Of a DNA stretch of 64,000 nucleotides, positions 56,301 to 64,000 are shown one piece after another (position 1 is the first letter of the stretch; the number at the start of each line of letters is the position of its first letter). Source of the DNA: Balanoglossus misakiensis (lineage: Eukaryota; Animalia; Hemichordata). The stretch is taken from the NCBI GenBank assembly GCA_040954595.2, contig CM082581.2, forward strand, positions 13,837,921-13,901,920. Reading direction: 5' to 3'. The notes beneath the pieces are model-generated. The model did not search any database. It was not told the origin of the DNA and saw only the letters and a list, made by a program, of their open reading frames with translations. Made by a program: the position numbers and the translations under genes.

Positions 56301-59300
56301 GGTTATAGCTCAGGAAAATCGTCGAAAATCGCCGATTTTTCGACTTTTCCCAACTTTCGAAATTCGTCGATTTTTGAAGAAATCATGGGTTATAGCTCAG
56401 GAAAATCGTCGAAAATCGCCGATTTTTCGACTTTTCCCAACTTTCGAAATTCGTCGATTTTTGAAGAAATCATGGGTTATAGCTCAGGAAAATCGTCGAA
56501 AATCGCCGATTTTTCGACTTTTCCCAACTTTCGAAATTCGTCGATTTTTGAAGAAATCTTGGGTTATAGCTCAGGAAAATCGTCGAAAATCGCCGATTTT
56601 TCGACTTTTCCCAACTTTCGAAATTCGTCGATTTTTGAAGAAATCATGGGTTATAGCTCAGGAAAATCGTCGAAAATCGCCGATTTTTCGACTTTTCCCA
56701 ACTTTCGAAATTCGTCGATTTTTGAAGAAATCATGGGTTATAGCTCAGGAAAATCGTCGAAAATCGCCGATTTCTCGACTTTTCCCAACTTTCGAAATTC
56801 GTCGATTTTTGAAGAAATCATGGGTTATAGCTCAGGAAAATCGTCGAAAATCGCCGATTTTTCGACTTTTCCCAACTTTCGAAATTCGTCGATTTTTGAA
56901 GAAATCATGGGTTATAGCTCAGGAAAATCGTCGAAAATCGCCGATTTCTCGACTTTTCCCAACTTTCGAAATTCGTCGATTTTTGAAGAAATCTTGGGTT
57001 ATAGCTCAGGAAAATCGTCGAAAATCGCCGATTTCTCGACTTTTCTCAACTTTCGAAATTCGTCGATTTTTGAAGAAATCATGGGTTATAGCTCAGGAAA
57101 ATCGTCGAAAATCGCCGATTTTTCGACTTTTCCCAACTTTCGAAATTCGTCGATTTTTGAAGAAATCATGGGTTATAGCTCAGGAAAATCGTCGAAAATC
57201 GCCGATTTCTCGACTTTTCCCAACTTTCGAAATTCGTCGATTTTTGAAGAAATCATGGGTTATAGCTCAGGAAAATCGTCGAAAATCGCCGATTTCTCGA
57301 CTTTTCCCAACTTTCGAAATTCGTCGATTTTTGAAGAAATCATGGGTTATAGCTCAGGAAAACCGTCGAAAATCGCCGATTTCTCGACTTTTCCCAACTT
57401 TCGAAATTCGTCGATTTTTGAAGAAATCATGGGTTATAGCTCAGGAAAACCGTCGAAAATCGCCGATTTCTCGACTTTTCCCAACTTTCGAAATTCGTCG
57501 ATTTTTGAAGAAATCATGGGTTATAGCTCAGGAAAATCGTCGAAAATCGCCGATTTCTCGACTTTTCCCAACTTTCGAAATTCGTCGATTTTTGAAGAAA
57601 TCATGGGTTATAGCTCAGGAAAATCGTCGAAAATCGCCGATTTTTCGACTTTTCCCAACTTTCGAAATTCGTCGATTTTTGAAGAAATCATAGGTTATAG
57701 CTCAGGAAAATCGTCGAAAATCGCCGATTTTTCGACTTTTCCCAACTTTCGAAATTCGTCGATTTTTGAAGAAATCATGGGTTATAGCTCAGGAAAATCG
57801 TCGAAAATCGCCGATTTTTCGACTTTTCCCAACTTTCGAAATTCGTCGATTTTTGAAGAAATCATGGGTTATAGCTCAGGAAAATCGTCGAAAATCGCCG
57901 ATTTTTCGACTTTTCCCAACTTTCGAAATTCGTCGATTTTTGAAGAAATCATGGGTTATAGCTCAGGAAAATCGTCGAAAATCGCCGATTTTTCGACTTT
58001 TCCCAACTTTCGAAATTCGTCGATTTTTGAAGAAATCATGGGTTATAGCTCAGGAAAATCGTCGAAAATCGCCGATTTTTCGACTTTTCCCAACTTTCGA
58101 AATTCGTCGATTTTTGAAGAAATCATGGGTTATAGCTCAGGAAAACCGTCGAAAATCGCCGATTTTTCGACTTTTCCCAACTTTCGAAATTCGTCGATTT
58201 TTGAAGAAATCATGGGTTATAGCTCAGGAAAATCGTCGAAAATCGCCGATTTTTCGACTTTTCCCAACTTTCGAAATTCGTCGATTTTTGAAGAAATCAT
58301 GGGTTATAGCTCAGGAAAATCGTCGAAAATCGCCGATTTTTCGACTTTTCCCAACTTTCGAAATTCGTCGATTTTTGAAGAAATCATGGGTTATAGCTCA
58401 GGAAAATCGTCGAAAATCGCCGATTTTTCGACTTTTCCCAACTTTCGAAATTCGTCGATTTTTGAAGAAATCATGGGTTATAGCTCAGGAAAATCGTCGA
58501 AAATCGCCGATTTTTCGACTTTTCCCAACTTTCGAAATTCGTCGATTTTTGAAGAAATCATGGGTTATAGCTCAGGAAAATCGTCGAAAATCGCCGATTT
58601 TTCGACTTTTCCCAACTTTCGAAATTCGTCGATTTTTGAAGAAATCATGGGTTATAGCTCAGGAAAATCGTCGAAAATCGCCGATTTTTCGACTTTTCCC
58701 AACTTTCGAAATTCGTCGATTTTTGAAGAAATCATGGGTTATAGCTCAGGAAAATCGTCGAAAATCGCCGATTTTTCGACTTTTCCCAACTTTCGAAATT
58801 CGTCGATTTTTGAAGAAATCATGGGTTATAGCTCAGGAAAATCGTCGAAAATCGCCGATTTTTCGACTTTTCCCAACTTTCGAAATTCGTCGATTTTTGA
58901 AGAAATCATGGGTTATAGCTCAGGAAAATCGTCGAAAATCGCCGATTTTTCGACTTTTCCCAACTTTCGAAATTCGTCGATTTTTGAAGAAATCATGGGT
59001 TATAGCTCAGGAAAATCGTCGAAAATCGCCGATTTTTCGACTTTTCCCAACTTTCGAAATTCGTCGATTTTTGAAGAAATCATGGGTTATAGCTCAGGAA
59101 AATCGTCGAAAATCGCCGATTTTTCGACTTTTCCCAACTTTCGAAATTCGTCGATTTTTGAAGAAATCATGGGTTATAGCTCAGGAAAATCGTCGAAAAT
59201 CGCCGATTTTTCGACTTTTCCCAACTTTCGAAATTCGTCGATTTTTGAAGAAATCATGGGTTATAGCTCAGGAAAATCGTCGAAAATCGCCGATTTTTCG

Positions 59301-62300
59301 ACTTTTCCCAACTTTCGAAATTCGTCGATTTTTGAAGAAATCATGGGTTATAGCTCAGGAAAATCGTCGAAAATCGCCGATTTTTCGACTTTTCCCAACT
59401 TTCGAAATTCGTCGATTTTTGAAGAAATCATGGGTTATAGCTCAGGAAAATCGTCGAAAATCGCCGATTTTTCGACTTTTCCCAACTTTCGAAATTCGTC
59501 GATTTTTGAAGAAATCATGGGTTATAGCTCAGGAAAATCGTCGAAAATCGCCGATTTTTCGACTTTTCCCAACTTTCGAAATTCGTCGATTTTTGAAGAA
59601 ATCATGGGTTATAGCTCAGGAAAATCGTCGAAAATCGCCGATTTTTCGACTTTTCCCAACTTTCGAAATTCGTCGATTTTTGAAGAAATCATGGGTTATA
59701 GCTCAGGAAAATCGTCGAAAATCGCCGATTTTTCCACTTTTCCCAACTTTCGAAATTCGTCGATTTTTGAAGAAATCATGGGTTATAGCTCAGGAAAATC
59801 GTCGAAAATCGCCGATTTTTCCACTTTTCCCAACTTTCGAAATTCGTCGATTTTTGAAGAAATCATGGGTTAAAGCTCAGGAAAATCGTCGAAAATCGCC
59901 GATTTTTCCACTTTTCCCAACTTTCGAAATTCGTCGATTTTTGAAGAAATCATGGGTTATAGCTCAGGAAAATCGTCGAAAATCGCCGATTTTTCCACTT
60001 TTCCCAACTTTCGAAATTCGTCGATTTTTGAAGAAATCATGGGTTATAGCTCAGGAAAATCGTCGAAAATCGCCGATTTTTCCACTTTTCCCAACTTTCG
60101 AAATTCGTCGATTTTTGAAGAAATCATGGGTTATAGCTCAGGAAAATCGTCGAAAATCGCCGATTTTTCCACTTTTCCCAACTTTCGAAATTCGTCGATT
60201 TTTGAAGAAATCATGGGTTATAGCTCAGGAAAATCGTCGAAAATCGCCGATTTTTCGACTTTTCCCAACTTTCGAAATTCGTCGATTTTTGAAGAAATCA
60301 TGGGTTATAGCCCAGGAAAATCGTCGAAAATCGCCGATTTTTCGACTTTTCCCAACTTTCGAAATTCGTCGATTTTTGAAGAAATCATGGGTTATAGCCC
60401 AGGAAAATCGTCGAAAATCGCCGATTTTTCGAGTTTTCCCAACTTTCGAAATTCGTCGATTTTTGAAGAAATCATGGGTTATAGCCCAGGAAAATCGTCG
60501 AAAATCGCCGATTTTTCGAGTTTTCCCAACTTTCGAAATTCGTCGATTTTTGAAGAAATCATGGGTTATAGCCCAGGAAAATCGTCGAAAATCGCCGATT
60601 TTTCGAGTTTTCCGAACTTTCGAAATTCGTCGATTTTTGAAGAAATCATGGGTTATAGCCCAGGAAAATCGTCGAAAATCGCCGATTTTTCGAGTTTTCC
60701 GAACTTTCGAAATTCGTCGATTTTTGAAGAAATCATGGGTTATAGCCCAGGAAAATCGTCAAAAATCGCCGATTTTTCGAGTTTTCCGAACTTTCGAAAT
60801 TCGTCGATTTTTGAAGAAATCATGGGTTATAGCCCAGGAAAATCGTCAAAAATCGCCGATTTTTCGACTTTTCCCAACTTTCGAAATTCGTCGATTTTTG
60901 AAGAAATCATGGGTTATAGCTCAGGAAAATCGTCGAAAATCGCCGATTTTTCGACTTTTCCCAACTTTCGAAATTCGTCGATTTTTGAAGAAATCATGGG
61001 TTATAGCTCAGGAAAATCGTCGAAAATCGCCGATTTTTCGACTTTTCCCAACTTTCGAAATTCGTCGATTTTTGAAGAAATCATGGGTTATAGCTCAGGA
61101 AAATCGTCGAAAATCGCCGATTTTTCGACTTTTCCCAACTTTCGAAATTCGTCGATTTTTGAAGAAATCATGGGTTATAGCTCAGGAAAATCGTCGAAAA
61201 TCGCCGATTTTTCGACTTTTCCCAACTTTCGAAATTCGCCGATTTTTGAAGAAATCATGGGTTATAGCTCAGGAAAATCGTCGAAAATCGCCGATTTTTC
61301 GACTTTTCCCAACTTTCGAAATTCGTCGATTTTTGAAGAAATCATGGGTTATAGCTCAGGAAAATCGTCGAAAATCGCCGATTTTTCGACTTTTCCCAAC
61401 TTTCGAAATTCGTCGATTTTTGAAGAAATCATGGGTTATAGCTCAGGAAAATCGTCGAAAATCCCCGATTTTTCGACTTTTCCCAACTTTCGAAATTCGT
61501 CGATTTTTGAAGAAATCATGGGTTATAGCTCAGGAAAATCGTCGAAAATCCCCGATTTTTCGACTTTTCCCAACTTTCGAAATTCGTCGATTTTTGAAGA
61601 AATCATGGGTTATAGCTCAGGAAAATCGTCGAAAATCGCCGATTTTTCGACTTTTCCCAACTTTCGAAATTCGTCGATTTTTGAAGAAATCATGGGTTAT
61701 AGCTCAGGAAAATCGTCGAAAATCGCCGATTTTTCGACTTTTCCCAACTTTCGAAATTCGTCGATTTTTGAAGAAATCAATGGTTATAGCTCAGGAAAAT
61801 CGTCGAAAATCGCCGATTTTTCGACTTTTCCCAACTTTCGAAATTCGTCGATTTTTGAAGAAATCATGGGTTATAGCTCAGGAAAATCGTCGAAAATCGC
61901 CGATTTTTCGACTTTTCCCAACTTTCGAAATTCGTCGATTTTTGAAGAAATCATGGGTTATAGCTCAGGAAAATCGTCGAAAATCGCCGATTTTTCGACT
62001 TTTCCCAACTTTCGAAATTCGTCGATTTTTGAAGAAATCATGGGTTATAGCTCAGGAAAATCGTCGAAAATCGCCGATTTTTCGACTTTTCCCGACTTTC
62101 GAAATTCGTCGATTTTTGAAGAAATCATGGGTTATAGCTCAGGAAAATCGTCGAAAATCGCCGATTTTTCGACTTTTCCCGACTTTCGAAATTCGTCGAT
62201 TTTTAAAGAAATCATGGGTTATAGCTCAGGAAAATCGTCGAAAATCGCCGATTTTTCGACTTTTCCCGACTTTCGAAATTCGTCGATTTTTGAAGAAATC

Positions 62301-62820
62301 ATGGGTTATAGCTCAGGAAAATCGTCGAAAATCGCCGATTTTTCGACTTTTCCCAACTTTCGAAATTCGTCGATTTTTGAAGAAATCATGGGTTATAGCT
62401 CAGGAAAATCGTCGAAAATCGCCGATTTTTCGACTTTTCCCAACTTTCGAAATTCGTCGATTTTTGAAGAAATCATGGGTTATAGCTCAGGAAAATCGTC
62501 GAAAATCGCCGATTTTTCGACTTTTCCCAACTTTCGAAATTCGTCGATTTTTGAAGAAATCATGGGTTATAGCTCAGGAAAATCGTCGAAAATCGCCGAT
62601 TTTTCGACTTTTCCCAACTTTCGAAATTCGTCGATTTTTGAAGAAATCATGGGTTATAGCTCAGGAAAATCGTCGAAAATCGCCGATTTTTCGACTTTTC
62701 CAAATCTCGAAATTTCGCCGATTTTTGAAGAAATCATGGGTCTATATATAGCTCAGGAAAATCGTCAAAAATCGCCGATTTTTCGACTTTTCCGAACTTT
62801 CGAAATTAGTCGATTTTTGA
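50356..62820 (+). repeat. 87-bp satellite DNA array, ~143 monomers, forward orientation
   Basis: Consensus ATCATGGGTTATAGCTCAGGAAAATCGTCGAAAATCGCCGATTTTTCGACTTTTCCCAACTTTCGAAATTCGTCGATTTTTGAAGAA. The 29-aa periodicity in the ORF track confirms the 87-bp period. Confidence 0.98.
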
Positions 62821-63905
62821 CCATTTTCCTGAGCTATAACCCATGATTTCTTCAAAAATCGACGAATTTCGAAAGTTGGGAAAAGTCGAAAAATCGGCGA
62901 TTTTCGACGATTTTCCTGAGCTATAACCCATGATTTCTTCAAAAATCGACGATTTTCGAAAGTTGGGAAAAGTCGAAAAATCGGCGATTTTCGACGATTT
63001 TCCTGAGCTATAACCCATGATTTCTTCAAAAATCGACGAATTTCGCAAGTTGGGAAAAGTCGAAAAATCGGCGATTTTCGACGATTTTCCTGAGCTATAA
63101 CTCATGATTTCTTCAAAAATCGACGAATTTCGAAAGTTGGGAAAAGTCGAAAAATCGGCGATTTTCGACGATTTTCCTGAGCTATAACCCATGATTTCTT
63201 CAAAAATCGACGAATTTCGAAAGTTGGGAAAAGTCGAAAAATCGGCGATTTTCGACGATTTTCCTGAGCTATAACCCATGATTTCTTCAAAAATCGACGA
63301 ATTTCGAAAGTTGGGAAAAGTCGAAAAATCGGCGATTTTCGACGATTTTCCTGAGCTATAACCCATGATTTCTTCAAAAATCGACGAATTTCGAAAGTTG
63401 GGAAAAGTCGAAAAATCGGCGATTTTCGACGATTTTCCTGAGCTATAACCCATGATTTCTTCAAAAATCGACGAATTTCGAAAGTTGGGAAAAGTCGAAA
63501 AATCGGCGATTTTCGACGATTTTCCTGAGCTATAACCCATGATTTCTTCAAAAATCGACGAATTTCGAAAGTTGGGAAAAGTCGAAAAATCGGCGATTTT
63601 CGACGATTTTCCTGAGCTATAACCCATGATTTCTTCAAAAATCGACGAATTTCGAAAGTTCGGAAAAGTCGAAAAATCGGCGATTTTTGACGATTTTCCT
63701 GAGCTACAACCCATGATTTCTTCAAAAATCGACGAATTTCGAAAGTTGGGAAAAGTCGAAAAATCGGCGATTTTTGACGATTTTCCTGAGCTATAACCCA
63801 TAATTTCTTCAAAAATCGACGAATTTCGAACGTTGGGAAAAGTCGAAAAATCGGCGATTTTCGACAGTTTTCCTGAGCTATAACCCATGATTTCTTCAAA
63901 AATCG
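62811..63905 (-). repeat. Inverted block of the 87-bp satellite (~12.5 monomers)
   Basis: Reverse-complement monomers (TTTTCCTGAGCTATAACCCATGAT). The same peptide repeats appear on the minus strand in the ORF track. Confidence 0.97.
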
Positions 63906-64000
63906 CCGAATTTTCGACTTTTCCAAACTTTCGAAATTCGACGATTTTTGAAGAAATCATGGGTTATAGCTCAGGAAAATCGTCAAAAATCGCCGAATTT
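63896..64000 (+). repeat. 87-bp satellite resuming forward orientation; continues beyond the window
   Basis: GAAGAAATCATGGGTTATAGCTCAGGAAAATCGTCAAAAATCGCCG reappears on the plus strand after 63905. Confidence 0.9.

Noticed and set aside
50356-62820. CENP-B box in the satellite
   Set aside because: TTCG is frequent, but TTCGnnnnAnnCGGG was not found in the consensus on either strand.
50371-63960. Giant ORFs (up to 3163 aa) of 29-aa repeats
   Set aside because: They arise because the 87-bp monomer is a multiple of 3 and lacks stops in two frames. Overlapping frames are open simultaneously, sporadic stops occur, and the ORFs switch strand with the inversion. There is no sign of coding constraint.
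48845-64000. CRISPR-like regular repeat array
   Set aside because: The units are head-to-tail with no unique spacers, no cas genes are present, and the context is a spliced eukaryotic genome.

Overview
Intron-rich invertebrate animal genomic DNA; a hemichordate- or echinoderm-like origin is only an impression. Bases 1-48 kb form a compact block of spliced genes. In order: a 5'-truncated divergent SLC1/EAAT-family transporter (+); mitochondrial HSP70/HSPA9 (+) hosting an intronic C/D-box snoRNA; PLPBP (-); three tandem type II pantothenate kinase genes (+); YKT6 (+); BUB3 (-); a divergent major vault protein (+); thioredoxin (-); and a GDP-fucose O-fucosyltransferase-like gene (-). One PANK copy is canonical and two are intact but have rewired active sites. 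From ~48.2 kb the window changes abruptly: a ~1.23 kb tandem duplication carrying a 78-bp minisatellite runs into a >13.6 kb CpG-rich 87-bp satellite array. The array contains a 27-monomer higher-order duplication, layered variants and a ~1.1 kb inversion bounded by one 10-bp microhomology. The giant ORFs in the track are by-products of the satellite. The best candidates for undescribed biology are the diverged PANK paralog trio, the SLC1 transporter with substituted Na+/H+-coupling residues, and the satellite architecture. All exon structures and alignments were read by eye; reference numbering is from memory.
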